The notes: generated by a model from the letters alone, not told the origin. DNA of 64,000 bases from Lingula anatina (GCA_051362555.1 CM120646.1:20398001-20462000), one strand, 5' to 3'. Positions 41,101 to 53,371 are shown, numbered from the stretch's first letter. Translations and numbers: made by a program.

Positions 41101-42085
41101 TTTATGATAATACATCTTTGATAAACGTATTTGTATGTAAAATATATGAGTTTGTACTAGGTATAGCCCTAAATTTTAGCCTTATAAAATTCATGTGTGT
41201 ATTTGTCAACTTAAGCTTTAATATAATATAACTTCTGTACCTTTATAGAAAGAATCTACGATAAAAGAGCTGGAAAATCACGTTCACAACGCAAAGAGCA
41301 AATTACTGAAAATGATGGATCCAGAGGGCAGACAAGACAGTGGCCTTGACATTGACTTATCAACGTCAAGTCTCGAGAATGAGAACGAGAAACCAGGAGA
41401 CTGTAAAGCAAAAGAGGCAAAAGAGAGTGAATATGCCAGTCGCGTGAATTCACTCTACCACCAGAGCAGACCTACGCCTGCCGTATGGAATATGAAATAC
41501 AGTGGTAGAGGCAGTCGGCGGTCTTCGGTAAAAAGCGTGGAAAGTTACGCTAATATAACCAGACTCAGGGATTCCATAGCGCTGGACTTGAATGTTGTAC
41601 AAAATTTAAGCTCTACTTTGAGGGAATCAATATCTAACGATTTGTCCCCAAGGAGGCAGTGTACAACTCATTACTATGACAACGTGAGAACGAGGCAAGA
41701 TCTCGCAAGCGCGATAGCAGGAAGTTATGATCTAGCAGACGATTCTGACACCTATTCTTACGTCAGCAATCACCTTGGTTACAGCTCAGACGGTAGCGCC
41801 GTTGGATATCCTCGACGAACGAACGGATACATTCCACGACTTGAAAAGTCCGCCTCTATGGAGAGCGTGTCAACATTAGACAATGACAAATATTACCCGT
41901 CCGTCCCAAGTCAGAGTTCAAGGTCGACGAAAAAGAAGCGAAAAAAGCGATTTGGACACTGGAAACGTGAGCCAAGACCCAAAGTATACACAGTTCAAGA
42001 CGCTCAGGAACCGAACGTTGTCCAAAGCAACGTGGCAGTGACAAGAAACTTGAATAAAACTGTGGTGTACGATACTTTTGTATGA
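37997..42085 (+). CDS. GPR156: GPR156-like (GABA-B-related) class C orphan GPCR, ~608 aa, 7 coding exons: 37997-38118, 38347-38482, 39447-39554, 39818-39946, 40231-40569, 40876-41031, 41249-42085
   Basis: All six introns are GT-AG with consistent phases. 7tm_3 motifs: FNIKFRNMRIVKMSSPNIN, LCQVRTW, KSWRVHKIF, IKDQKLL, WQGIDP, ICSS, YKGLILLYG, MNDARYI, VFVPK. The post-TM7 coiled coil ENRTLKKSLTEKESTIKELENHVHNAKSKLLKMM and RIVKMSSPN resemble vertebrate GPR156 as recalled, more than GABBR1/2. Confidence 0.88.
38347..38482 (+). CDS. GPR156: GPR156-like coding exon 2 (TM2)
   Basis: ttacag|; (R)IVKMSSPNINMLITVAGLFLYTCCVLYGLD...LCQ; |gtgagt. Confidence 0.92.
39447..39554 (+). CDS. GPR156: GPR156-like coding exon 3 (TM3)
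   Basis: tttcag|; VRTWIFSLSFTIMFAAMCMKSWRVHKIFKMATVKRL; |gtaagt. Confidence 0.92.
39818..39946 (+). CDS. GPR156: GPR156-like coding exon 4 (TM4)
   Basis: ttccag|; VIKDQKLLALIGLFLIIDLVILGLWQGIDPL...LDQ; |gtgagt. Confidence 0.92.
40231..40569 (+). CDS. GPR156: GPR156-like coding exon 5 (ECL2, TM5-7)
   Basis: tttcag|; TPPDALEIRY...CSSRYFPVWIACIYIYKGL...VFVPK; |gtaggt. Confidence 0.93.
40876..41031 (+). CDS. GPR156: GPR156-like coding exon 6 (start of coiled coil)
   Basis: tttcag|; IILLRRKSQEDMMK...ENRTLKKSLTE; |gtatgt. Confidence 0.88.
41249..42085 (+). CDS. GPR156: GPR156-like last coding exon (cytoplasmic tail)
   Basis: ttatag|; KESTIKELENHVHNAKSKLLK continues in frame into the 257-aa ORF 41312-42085, ending VVYDTFV*. 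Confidence 0.88.
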   Translation, partial: KESTIKELENHVHNAKSKLLKMMDPEGRQDSGLDIDLSTSSLENENEKPGDCKAKEAKESEYASRVNSLYHQSRPTPAVWNMKYSGRGSRRSSVKSVESYANITRLRDSIALDLNVVQNLSSTLRESISNDLSPRRQCTTHYYDNVRTRQDLASAIAGSYDLADDSDTYSYVSNHLGYSSDGSAVGYPRRTNGYIPRLEKSASMESVSTLDNDKYYPSVPSQSSRSTKKKRKKRFGHWKREPRPKVYTVQDAQEPNVVQSNVAVTRNLNKTVVYDTFV

Positions 42086-43187
42086 TGAAATTGTGCCTTA
42101 TTATACAATCTAAGTCATACAATATAATACACCGCTCTACATTGTAATAGTGCCGTTCATTTCATCAGAACCGTCAACGGATCGTGTCTGCGTGAAAGAG
42201 CTGTCACTCCGGCTAGTGTTTGGACAAAAAAAGCTCACCAGTGCTCACACTCAGAGCAATTCTGGTTCAAGGACACATTTTGTGATGAATGTTTGACAGT
42301 GTGTGTCTATTGCCACTTGTACCTGATGATCTTTCATCAGTCGGCAAAAAGCTGCTATCCCAGAGGATAGGCCGCTGTGACATGGTGACTAGTTTATACA
42401 TAGCGCCCAGCCACACGATTCCAACCTATAAACGGGTAATATCGACCTGATGCGGGAACGGGACATTATTTTATACAGTTCATGTTTATGAACACGCAGC
42501 ATAATACACACGGAAGCCCTCAGGTGCATCTAATGATGTATGACAATGACGATGTTACAGTTGCACCTTGACGCAACTACCACATTTTCAATTATGTCCG
42601 TGTGCCTTTGATAAAGCGACCACATATTGTGACATTGACTCAGCTATCCTTGCCATTTCCTATTTTTTTTAATGGACAACTTTTACACGTTGTAAATGAG
42701 TTTTTATATTGTGTATTTACATGCACTGTGACGATGTGGTTGTGGAATAGATATCAATCATTCCGCATGTAATGATTTAATTTGCAAGGCAAGTTTGTTT
42801 CTACACTTATGAACTTTATATATTAGATCGTTTAAATTAGGAAGGTGCATGTGATAATCAATAACAGTGCAGACGGAGTATAAAGAATTACACAAAGTCC
42901 GTTATGATCTGACAAAATGAATGAATTATAAGTGCTAAAGGCCCATTTTACTTTCCGTCCTTAAGGCATTAACATCCATGTAAATTTGGAAATGTCACCT
43001 TGTCCTTGTGTCACCTTGTGCGCAACGGAACATTCACGGGATGTGTCAGAATGATAACCTCGTCCACAATAACCTGCATTAATGGACATTCGAATCTAGC
43101 CGCTCAGATTCCATTGATTTAGTATTAAAAAAATGAGTATTTAACTTTCGTTATGTGAATAATTTTACAATATGTGTCTTGTCAATG

Positions 43188-43486
43188 CAGTGGCGGATCC
43201 AGGGGGGTCCAGTTTTTAGGAATCACAGGCCACGGATGCAAAGCCGACCCCCCCTCCCCCCCCCACCCCCCCCCCCCCACCCCCTTTGGCGTGGGGTTCC
43301 GAGCCCCTAAATTTTTTTTTTTGATATTTTACAGGGCGAACGGTGCCATTTGGTACGGTTTAGAACTATGATTCGTCTAGTCAAAGTTCTAATTTCAAGA
43401 GGGAACTATTTAGTGATTTATTTTCAAAAATCGAAGAGGGGAGGTCAGGACCCCCCCTGACACCCCCCCCCCTAAATCCGCCACTG
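43188..43486. mobile_element. 299-bp non-autonomous DNA transposon (MITE) with 5-bp TSD
   Basis: TIRs CAGTGGCGGAT / ATCCGCCACTG with adjacent G and C runs. CAATG is duplicated at 43183-43187 and 43487-43491. Confidence 0.85.
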
Positions 43487-43585
43487 CAATGCATATCCTA
43501 TGCACAGAAATGCTCAAAATGCACCCTGGTCATGCCAGCTGTATTATGAAATTAATATTTGTGATATCTGTTTGTAATATCGAGT

Positions 43586-43591
43586 AATAAA
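43586..43591 (+). terminator. Candidate polyadenylation signal of the GPR156-like gene
   Basis: First AATAAA noticed downstream of the stop codon at 42085. Confidence 0.4.
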
Positions 43592-46500
43592 GGAATATGG
43601 CGTGCTTCGCCAATCTCTTTAATTTGAATGTCGACGCGGTGGCTTTGTATACGCGACATCCCCGAGTGTGTACATTGGTTTTGTATGTTAATGTTTTTTA
43701 AACGTTTGAAACCCAAGGCACGTATATAGCCTGGGTATCCGAGCCAAGTGAAGGTAGAATTTTAAGGACTCTTCATGATTAGTTGCTATGGTGACATCTA
43801 TAGTGGATGAGCAAATACTTGAAACAAATGCCTGCCGTTAAAATAAATCAATATTTACGAAGCGGGTAAAATCGATTAAAAAAATCAAAACTCTTTCGCA
43901 TTCTCAACAGAAGGGCTTCGAAGTTCACTTAGAGAAAGTTTGCAGTTAATGGATTTTAGCCCCTGTTTGTTTACATATTTTTTGCACGACAGTAAAAGTT
44001 GAAAGGTCAGGTTAGGTACATTTCACGTTATTTTTAGATTCACTTACATGCAAAACGACGTCTTTTCAGTCTTCTGAAGCTGTTACAAAAGTAGATAAAT
44101 AGACTTCCTTCTTCCAATATTGTAACAGCAAGAAAAGACAGAGAAGATCCCTGGTGGAGGATAAATTAAAAAAAAGACAATCTGAAAAAGCTGCCTAAAC
44201 GACGAACTGATCAAGACATCTAAGCACAATCGCTCACATGTTTTGGGTTGTTTTGGCTAGCTAATTCCAATATGAAAAGATTAGTACAATCGTTGAACAA
44301 AATTAGACATTGCATATCCTGCAAGGCATTTCTGACGCTTGTCCAGTGCGACAAAACCGGTCAGAGATTTGTGAATCTGTGGACATAAAACGGATTGAGC
44401 AAAATCGATGACGGTCCTGCTGTCATGAAACACAGTTGGCAAGTCAACAAATCGAACAATAATTAATTCTGCTTTGACAATAAAATCCCGCTGTGCCAAA
44501 ATCTATCACTGTCATTCTTTGCTAGTGGTTACAAAATGTTGAATTTGACCAAAAATTTCAAACTTTCTCTGGGAAGCTGTAATTTTGCGATGTGATAGCT
44601 ACACCGTCACAGTTTATCATTTCATAAAAAGGGAAACAGCAGCTGCCCTTTTAAGGGCACACAGGAGAGTTGAACAGCTATACCCACCAAATCCAAGACG
44701 CGTTACCCTGGGTAATATATTTTGCACAAACTAATGAAAGTCTAATGGAATGTTTTCAGTTTTAGTTTAAATCATAAGGGGGTGTTGTCTCAATGCTTCA
44801 AAACTGGGTTTGAAGAATTTAATCCACATTTCATAATTAATAAAAATGGTGAATATGTGGGTCACGGTAACGTTATTGACGCGGGTACAAAAACTTATTA
44901 TAATCATGTAAATAATAACAATATTTTTGCTATTATCCATACACACTTCAATCATGAGGGGCACACCACTTTCACATGCTTTTAAAATGGAATTGACAAA
45001 CACAGAGGAATAATGCACATATTTTATTTACTGTAACTCTGTCACATGGGACACACACTGAACAAAGTTGATCTAAAGAATGTTCCAGATTGTAGTTTTT
45101 TATCTGAATTATTATTTTTATATTATTATTTTAACACAATAAAGTTCAGTTAAATACAAAATTTAACAAAATGAAGTTCAGTGTAACACAAAGTTCATAA
45201 TTATAACATTCTTCCTGACATATGTGGACCAATGGTGATATCTGTTCTGTGCTCACTAAGGCATCCACTCTTGGGATTCTGAAAAAAAAAATCACACAAA
45301 GAATCTGTTAACTATGATAACGAACAATGGATAACCTAAGATCACAAATAGTTTATTGCTTATTCAAAGAAAGTACAGTGCATTATGAGTGGCAAACACG
45401 CATTACTGAGACACATTTTCTTCACCCATTTTCGGTGCTTCATTGCGTAACGTAAGTGTTGCTAGTAATCCATTATTGCTGTTTTTACAGACGGTTAAAT
45501 TTTAAACGCACGGAATACAGTGTAGCAGCTTAATTTAAGACAAAACTAAAAAAAAAGTAATTCAATTTCGATGATTTAGTTTTCGAGAACAAGAGAACAT
45601 GAATACGGTATCACCGCGCCACCATGTTCAATATGACCTTTAGGGTACGTACGGATAAAATTTAGTCCCAAAATATTACACGTCCCTATACTCCCGTTAC
45701 CGATAGATACATAAAGGAAAAACGGAAAAAACGTCTTTTTAGATTTAAATATCGATAGATCCGATTTTTTTCTGCTGTCCTATATATTTCTATAGATATG
45801 ACGTCCTCATAAACCCACGTCCTTTAAATCCGCATACCTATAGATCCACGTATTTTTAGATCCAAATACCGATAGATCCATTACAGGTACACTATTGCTC
45901 GAAATAGTTGGTATACTACTCAGTACATAAAATGCACTTCTTTAAAACGGCAGTACTCAGTCAGCAATATATTATTCTACTAGATCGTTTTCACACAATA
46001 CTCAGTGAAAGAACATAAAAAGAACAAAAGTGTGTTCTATATTTCACAACGCTTAAGCACTAGCAAAGAATGACTGATCAATATATTGACAGAGACCACG
46101 TCAGCCCTCGAGGTGTGTTAATAATAAATAAGGCAGGTAAATAGCAGTGAATCGGACGAGTTTTTCACCTTGAGTTTTATAAAGCAAACGTCACTATGCA
46201 CTCGCCTATTGTGAATTTTTTTATTCAAGATAGTTTACTATTGTGCGTGTACAAATATCAAAAGCTTTGGATTTCATTATAAAAGTGAAGGTTTTTAAAA
46301 GCCATCCATTATTTCTCCAGGGCGTTAAATGAGACCAGATTTTGGTTAAGAGCTAGAACTGAGACTGTGACCTTTAACAGCAAGGATCTCACAACAACTC
46401 GACGTCCTCAATTTCAGTGGAGCAAGTCAACATTAGAATGAGTACCCGTACAATGTACAAGCTAACACTTCTTACCTGTTCGGGTATGACAAATGCACCT

Positions 46501-47555
46501 TTAGAAAAACTCGTACAAAGAGCTTCAAAAGCGTATATAATAAATCAAAATTTTACTGTCAAAGAGCAGACCTGTTTATTATAGAAGCAATTGTTTGGTG
46601 TGGTATTTAAGTCCCCTCTCCTCCAAAACAGCGACAGAAAAGGCAATGCGTTGGTGTGTACCTTAATACACCTGTCTTTGCAGCGACAAGGATGCCTGGA
46701 CAGCTGGGTGTTTAGTTAGTGGTTACATGTGTACACGTATGTGCACGCTCCTTGCTTTCTTACAGCAGCAGCCTCTTGGTTCATTTCGACTCTAGTGTAT
46801 GAAATGGTGTTAATGTTTTGTAGAGCAGTGATATTTTTGTTGCGTTAAATTTGGCCTACATTGTTATAACTTAGGTTAATGACACTATATATAGTTTCGC
46901 TGTCGATTCTTCCCACCTTTTAACAACAGAGCCTGCACTTTGATCAGTTAATAATTTCACTAAAGCCTAGATTACATTGTAGGCTGATCCTAAAGATTAT
47001 TTCTGTCGTTTTCTAAAACTGCTATTGTTAAGTTCATTTCGATTTTTCTTAGCGTTTTATGGACAAAAACGCCACACCGACAAATGTCAATTTTAATGTC
47101 TGGACAAAAAGATAACCGAGACGCGACGAACCCGGCCATTTGTTATCCTTGCACCTTTGCCAAAAATAACGATAATAAACCGTAATATAATTACAGTGCC
47201 CTCCTGCCCTTTGGTCAAACCATGGTTTCTACGGAGATATTACGTCACAAGGAAATACAATAACAATCACATGGTGACAGCGTTTCTAGGGCTGCATGGT
47301 CAATATGTTCAGGGGTCAACAAGGTCACTTGAGTTACGGCCTCGATAGTTCTCAAACGGAAACGATACACACATGATTTAGCTTCAATCCAATGTCCCCG
47401 AAAACGACATTCTGGATGAGCTACTTGACCTGCAGAAATTACCAGCTTCATACAGTGTTTAAAGTGTGGTCTTTTTCTTCCGTGGTAGCCACTTTCAAGC
47501 CTGCCTGGCTATTATAGGGCTGTGGGAAGTATGGGTTGTGGGGGGGTGGGGGGTG

Positions 47556-47684
47556 ACTGAACCGCCCTTTTAGCTCAGAAAAGAGTCTTCTAATGACTGA
47601 AATTTATTGTAGGTGTTTTATGGATACTTACAATAAATTTCAGTCATGAGAAGACTCACCTCTGAGCTAAAAGGGCGGTTCAGT
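47556..47684. repeat. Fold-back inverted repeat (~59-bp arms, ~11-nt loop), MITE-like
   Basis: actgaaccgcccttttagctcaga..gagtcttct.atgactgaaatttattgta pairs with tacaataaatttcagtcat.agaagactc..tctgagctaaaagggcggttcagt. Confidence 0.9.
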
Positions 47685-49799
47685 AGGTTATGGCAAAAAG
47701 GTTATGGTTTTCTCTCAGAATACACCCCTGTTTTAATAACAAATATAAGATACAAAAACTGACTTTTAGATAAGCAGCCATTATATCATCTGCATCCATT
47801 ATATATAGCTTTCCTTATGTTATAAAGTGATGTACAGGTAACCTGAGCAATAGCACGGTGGGACATGGGAACCTTTCTTCCGTGTCTTCAGATGTATGTA
47901 CTTACTGATTTTATTCAATAATATGTGTTCGTATTGAATTCAAGCCAGTTTAATGTATGTCATTTACTGCACTCGGTTATTTAAAAAAGTGATTATTTAA
48001 TTGGTGGCTGGACAGGTAACACGAAAATGGAACAACGAATAAGCGTGTTTCTGTAATTCATTCTTTGAAAATACAGTCGTGAAAAGGTGCAATAATTTAT
48101 AGCAAGTCTTTTAGCATGCTACATGCTGTACAGTATGAGGCCAGGCGTTGAGAAGTGCCTTTTTCACTATGTATTCTGACACCAATTTCACGTGTAGTAA
48201 GTATACTTTTATTAGAGGATTCCACTGTACAATCTCGTAGCAAATGTATGTTGATTAACACTTTATTGTACTCGATACTCCTTTCAATCTGTTAAAGACA
48301 ATCAAACACAGTGCAGTCTTAGTATATTTGCTGTACGCATCGATCTGTTCACTTTTTTACGTAATCAGGTGTCTCGGGATCATTTAATGAAGTATGCGCG
48401 GCGCTGGGGTGCATACGGTCTGAACAAACGACATTTAAATGGTCAAGTCGTCCACTGTCAAAGGGCGCTATATTGTTGTTGTTGTATATAGCAACTACAA
48501 CTCGCCAATAGTATTGATTTCTTTTCTTTCTTCGACCAGTGGTCTGTGCGTTGGTAATTCGAGTGAAGTCAAGCTGAAGAAAATTGACTCGGGGTCATAG
48601 TGACATTAATAAGTGGATTTTAGAACTTGCCGTTATTATAACCACTGGTCAAAACCACACCGTAGCCGAGGTAACTGTGACACAACAACAACAAAACACC
48701 GTCCAGTTGAATGATTTTAAGAGAATGTGTCCAGAAAATGAATGGGAATTGGCCTATTATTTCATAATACTGTTGCTTTAAGAGCATACGCACTGCCTTG
48801 GAAAGAAAATGGTGGTCGATCCCAAAGTAGGCCTTGATGGCGTATCACGGCAACGAGCAAAGAAAGTGGTAGATCACTAATCCAAATCCAATTCCATATA
48901 ACATTGACAAAGTTTCTGAAATGAAGAGAGAACGAGAACAAGCATGCCCAAGCAAGATATCTTATCCGAGATTGTTCAACCAAATACTTTTTTTTCTTTT
49001 AAAATGCAATTTTTCTTCAACTCAAGATTCATTGCTCGTCCTGCTTTAAGAGCCGAGGTTTTATATTATTTTGATTAACATAACTTAGCTCTAAATGTTT
49101 AGCGTAACGTTAACCGCTACTATATATCTACCTACCTGTACATTTCAGATATCGACAGCAGGTAGTCTTATTTGGAAGATTGTATAGCTTTTACTGTCCG
49201 AATTGGTAATGATAAGAAGCAAAGTAGGATGTGCAGACACAAAAAATCTAAATTTGGGTCAGTTTCTCGTATACCCTTAAAATCTAATTTATTATTAACG
49301 GCGTCCAATCGCTTTCGGGAATTTTGATGTAAAGTTGTGATAAAAATTGCCCAAAATATACTTTTATTTAAATACCATTAATTAAATCAATATATTTAAA
49401 AACTTTAAGTTGAATTCCACTTTTTTCATTAAAACATTTTAACGATTGGACTTTGTCGCTAATTTGATAATGGAATTCTGTTATGGCGACAGATCACGGA
49501 GAATATTGATCCCGTATCTAAGACTGGACTTGGAACTTAAATGTAGTTTTTCGCAGGGGGTGTCACAGGTATTACCTAATGCTTGTCGTAGCAACAGAGA
49601 GCCAAATGAAGGGGTGCTCAAAAGTTCATTCACATTGGACAATTCAAATTTTGAATCTTGTTTAGGCAAAAACAGTAAGACATTAAATGAAAAAAAATAA
49701 AAACTGAACAATCAGATGCCACGCAAAATAAATTACTGAAGGAAAAAAGGCGATGTTCGAAAGAAACAGACGACCCCGGTACTTTGGAGAACGCTACCA

Positions 49800-49885
49800 G
49801 CGCATGCGTGATAAGCCCCCCATTGATCGCACCTATGCGCATATAATCGAGTACACACCGGTAGAGTGGACACAGAAACTTGAAG
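49800..49885 (+). promoter_or_regulatory. Probable promoter and short non-coding first exon of CD225 gene A
   Basis: GCGCATGCG at 49800, TATA-like CATATAAT at ~49840 and a consensus donor AAG|GTAAGT at 49886. The acceptor at 51603 precedes the ATG and needs an upstream exon. Confidence 0.55.
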
Positions 49886-51336
49886 GTAAGTGGATATCTC
49901 GTGGTGAAGAGTAATATGTAAATAATCAGAACTTCCTAGTAGCTCTGCCGTTTGTGTAGTTCAAATAGATTAAAAGGCTTACACTTTTTGTCAATAGATT
50001 AATGATGTGTCAGGTAAGTCAAATTAGGAGATTAGGATACTATGATTATTTTCAAGAATATTTATTTATTCCATTAATCCACTTGACTCACCGATACCAA
50101 ATTTCGTATTTTATCACCTTGTTAAAAGATGCGAGTTAATTTACAAAGTTTATTTACTGTGAGTCATTATGAATATCCATAGCTACCATTTAGCTTGTTG
50201 ATGTTTAGTTCAAATACCTCATTATCAGTTAGAAAATGTAACTTCCGAGCGTTTAGAATTTTATGACGAGAACCGTTTTTGTGTAAGAAGAGAACAAAAC
50301 AAAGTCAGTGAGATTTTGATATTAAAAAATTACGTTTACAACTTTTAAGTTTTACCGGTAGTTTTTTTTTTCACCATGCACTGTTATAGAATATTAAGCG
50401 TTGATGTGAATTAGGGTGTTGGCCATTCCAAGACGCCTTTTAATATAATAGATTTAAAATGGTCGGATTCATATTAGTGTGATAGTCAATTTAAACGTAA
50501 TTTATGAATTAATTAATAAGATAATTTATTTGTTTATCCATATTTATATTAATCATTTATTAACATACTACTGTATGTGAATGGGTATTGAAATACATGA
50601 AATACTCTAGAGACGACTTTGCATAATACGACATGTCAAATATTTTGGATAAATTCTGTTTTTGTCGGGAGATGAAGTCTTTCAAACATCATATTCCTCT
50701 AAAGTAAGCACGGAAAGTTGGAAAGGTTAATTCACTCCTCACATACACTTGGGAAGACAGATTGCAAAAAAATTGTCCTCACTTTTCGTGTTTGAAAAAT
50801 GATTGCTTTGCTCCTGCTATTCGCGTCACAAGCGGGCCCTGCTCTATTGTTTATTTGTTAGTAACAGTAAAAGAAGTGTTGTTCTCTTGTCTATTATTTG
50901 TCGTTTGTGCGAGCCCTTGGTTACGATGGCAAGTATTTCTCCCTCAGTGAACTTGTTAAATGGCGATACACGTAATTGCATAATGGCCAATAGGAAAGTA
51001 CGCCAAACTTGACAGGAGTGGTCATCGATTAGCGAGCAGGGCGTATAATAGGGCATTAAGGTTTCTATTAAGAATTCAGTATTAAGCACTGACCATGCAA
51101 TCGCGCGAAAACACGTGATTTGTGAACTTATGTGTACGTGTAACTGCATTGTTATCATAGGGAATATTGGCAATAGGGAAATCAATGATGAGAAAAAAAA
51201 AACAACGTTCACTGGCTTTAAAAAGTAAAACAAACGCTACTCCATTATACAAACATGAGCATATTACTTGCAACGTTTCTTTAATTATTTTTTTTATATT
51301 ATAAACCGTAAAGTTATTTTAGGCAGGGGAGGATTG

Positions 51337-51494
51337 AGGCCTTTTTCTGGGTCTTCCAAAAGACGGTCAGGGTTTTTTCATCTTTACATTGACGCGTATC
51401 TAATTTTTTTTCTTTCGGAAGACGGTCAAAAATGGAGGATGGATCAACAAAGATAACTTGGAAGATTGTCGGAAAATATCTCTGGATCCGTCCC
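51337..51494 (+). repeat. Dispersed ~150-bp repeat, copy 2
   Basis: Homologous to 9856-10007. Confidence 0.8.
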
Positions 51495-51631
51495 TGTTAG
51501 GCCTACTTGTATCAGGGATATTGCTTGTCTGTATCGGTCACGATATTATATTTATCAATTAAATGTATCTGAACAGTTGTTTACTGTCTATTTACTTTTA
51601 CAGAGGACAAGACGTACTAGCAGAAATAAAG

Positions 51632-52577
51632 ATGGCAGACCCAAACGCACCACCCACTTATGACACACAACCTGGATATGTTGGCGTTGGAGGGTAAATT
51701 TTTATTTATTTATTTATTTATTGATAAATTTGTTTTGTCTGTTCCCTTTTAAAGGATGGATAAAGACGCCATTTGTTCGATTTCAGTTAATTTCTAGATG
51801 CTTGGAACTGTAACCAAAATGTAACAGCTGTCGAAAACACTCGACGATACAAACCTTGTCAATATAAAAATACCATTTTGATTGAAAACAAATAATATAA
51901 TGCTTATACTGGTACACTGATCACGGCCAATTCATAACAAGATTTGATGTATATTTCCCCTTGTGTTAACAGGACCCAGCAGACGATGGTGATGACTGCC
52001 CCTGCAGGTGGTACTGTGATCATAAACCAGGCCGCTGAGTCTCGACCGTCCAGTTACCTGGGCTTCTCCATCTTTGTCATGTTGTGCTGCAACTTATTAT
52101 TCGGAATCATTGCTCTTATTTTCTCGGGTAAGACACGTTGCCATTTATTTATTTATTTTATTTTATTTTTATTTTAGCGTTTTTTTTTTTTAAATTAATG
52201 AATTTCTTACTTACACAGTAAGTAATAGTACTACTATTATTACTGCTTCGCTGTTACTTATTGTAATAATAATAATAAAAAGAACAAGTAGGTAGGGGGG
52301 AGGGGGGATTCAATTAATGGTGTAATTCTCAAAATTCTTGTTGCATGTGCATTCTTATACAAAATTTCTCGGTTAACGTACTAAATTAATACCACATTAT
52401 TTGTTTCTACTAGTGATGTCAAGCAGCGCTGCAGACGACAACGACTTCGCCTCGGCGAGGACCAAGGGCAAGGTCGCCCTCGCTTTGAACATTACCGGCA
52501 TGCTTGTGACTGTTCTCATTGTCGTCGTGGTCGTGGCTCTCGTTGTTTCCAACCCATTGCTGCTGTTGATGGGATGA
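51632..52577 (+). CDS. CD225/dispanin family (IFITM/PRRT-like) membrane protein, gene A, 126 aa; exons 51632-51693, 51973-52127, 52414-52577
   Basis: GT-AG introns in phases 2 and 1. MADPNAPPTYD..., then RPSSYLGFSIFVMLCCNLLFGIIALIFSVMSSSAADDNDFASARTKGKVALALNITG plus a C-terminal hydrophobic helix. This is the CD225 pattern with the CC pair, G..A..FS and D...A. Confidence 0.88.
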
Positions 52578-53034
52578 GCCCATTCAAACTTACCGGGAAA
52601 AAAGACAATGTATTTAAAACAGACTTTCAAAGCAGCTCAATGAGAAATTCACTGTGATATTGGACAACTGTGGAATTCGCTTCTGTTTTTTTTTTTTTTT
52701 TTTTTCTTCATTTTACGATCGTTGGAAAACACGAGCAAGAGAAAAATGCATTTAAGGCAAAATATTCAATATTGGCGAAATTATCCGTTCGCTGTGGAAT
52801 TTACTAGCCAGTACAAAAGAAACTATCCAATCATAAGCATTGAATTTACAGAACTACGGCTTCCATTTCTGGCAATATCAACCGTTTCAGGAAGTAGTTC
52901 TAGCTGTGATAACGGAATAACCTGCGGACCTTACGTAATATTATCCATAAGATTCTGGCAGAAATTCTGAGCAACTGCTTTTACGAATAAAACGCATCGT
53001 AAGAACGACATGGATAAATGCAGACTGGACCCCG

Positions 53035-53093
<59 letters not shown>

Positions 53094-53163
53094 GGCTCAA
53101 AAGACGTACAGGGTATACTGAATCACATAGGATCGATTAATGAGCGCGTCTAATGTAATAAGT

Positions 53164-53334
53164 CAGGCCCGTAGCCAGCGATTTTAAATGGGGGGTTCGT
53201 TTTCTGAAAAAGTGAACCTTTTACCATAAAACTTTCATGTACCTAGATCAAATTTTATCCAAAGTGGACCTTTTCCCAGCAAAAAGGGCGGTTCTTTCGA
53301 ACCCTCCGACCCCCCCCCCCTGGCTACAGGCCTG
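53164..53334. mobile_element. 171-bp MITE with 5-bp TSD
   Basis: TIRs CAGGCCCGTAGCCAG / CTGGCTACAGGCCTG. TAAGT is duplicated at 53159-53163 and 53335-53339. The element is absent from the paralogous site near 61492. Confidence 0.92.
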
Positions 53335-53371
53335 TAAGTATTTAACATTTGGCATTGCCCAGCCGCCACAC

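Noticed and set aside
41312-42085. 257-aa ORF as a stand-alone gene
   Set aside because: It is in frame with the acceptor at 41248 and continues the coiled coil of the preceding GPCR exon.
37997-42085. Calling the GPCR GABBR2
   Set aside because: No Venus flytrap exons were found, an in-frame stop lies before TM1, and the RIVKMSSPN and tail coiled-coil motifs fit GPR156 better.
45640-45885. Short repeated (cga)tagatcc motifs resembling a spaced repeat array (similar tract at ~40700-40810)
   Set aside because: The units are short, irregular and degenerate, with no cas genes and a eukaryotic context. They are more likely subterminal repeats of a decayed DNA transposon than CRISPR.
52543-52577. 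Idea that gene A's C-terminus was newly recruited from gene B 3' UTR sequence
   Set aside because: The last coding exons of A and B are both 164 bp and end in Gly-stop, favouring a native gene A tail and a remnant at 60875.
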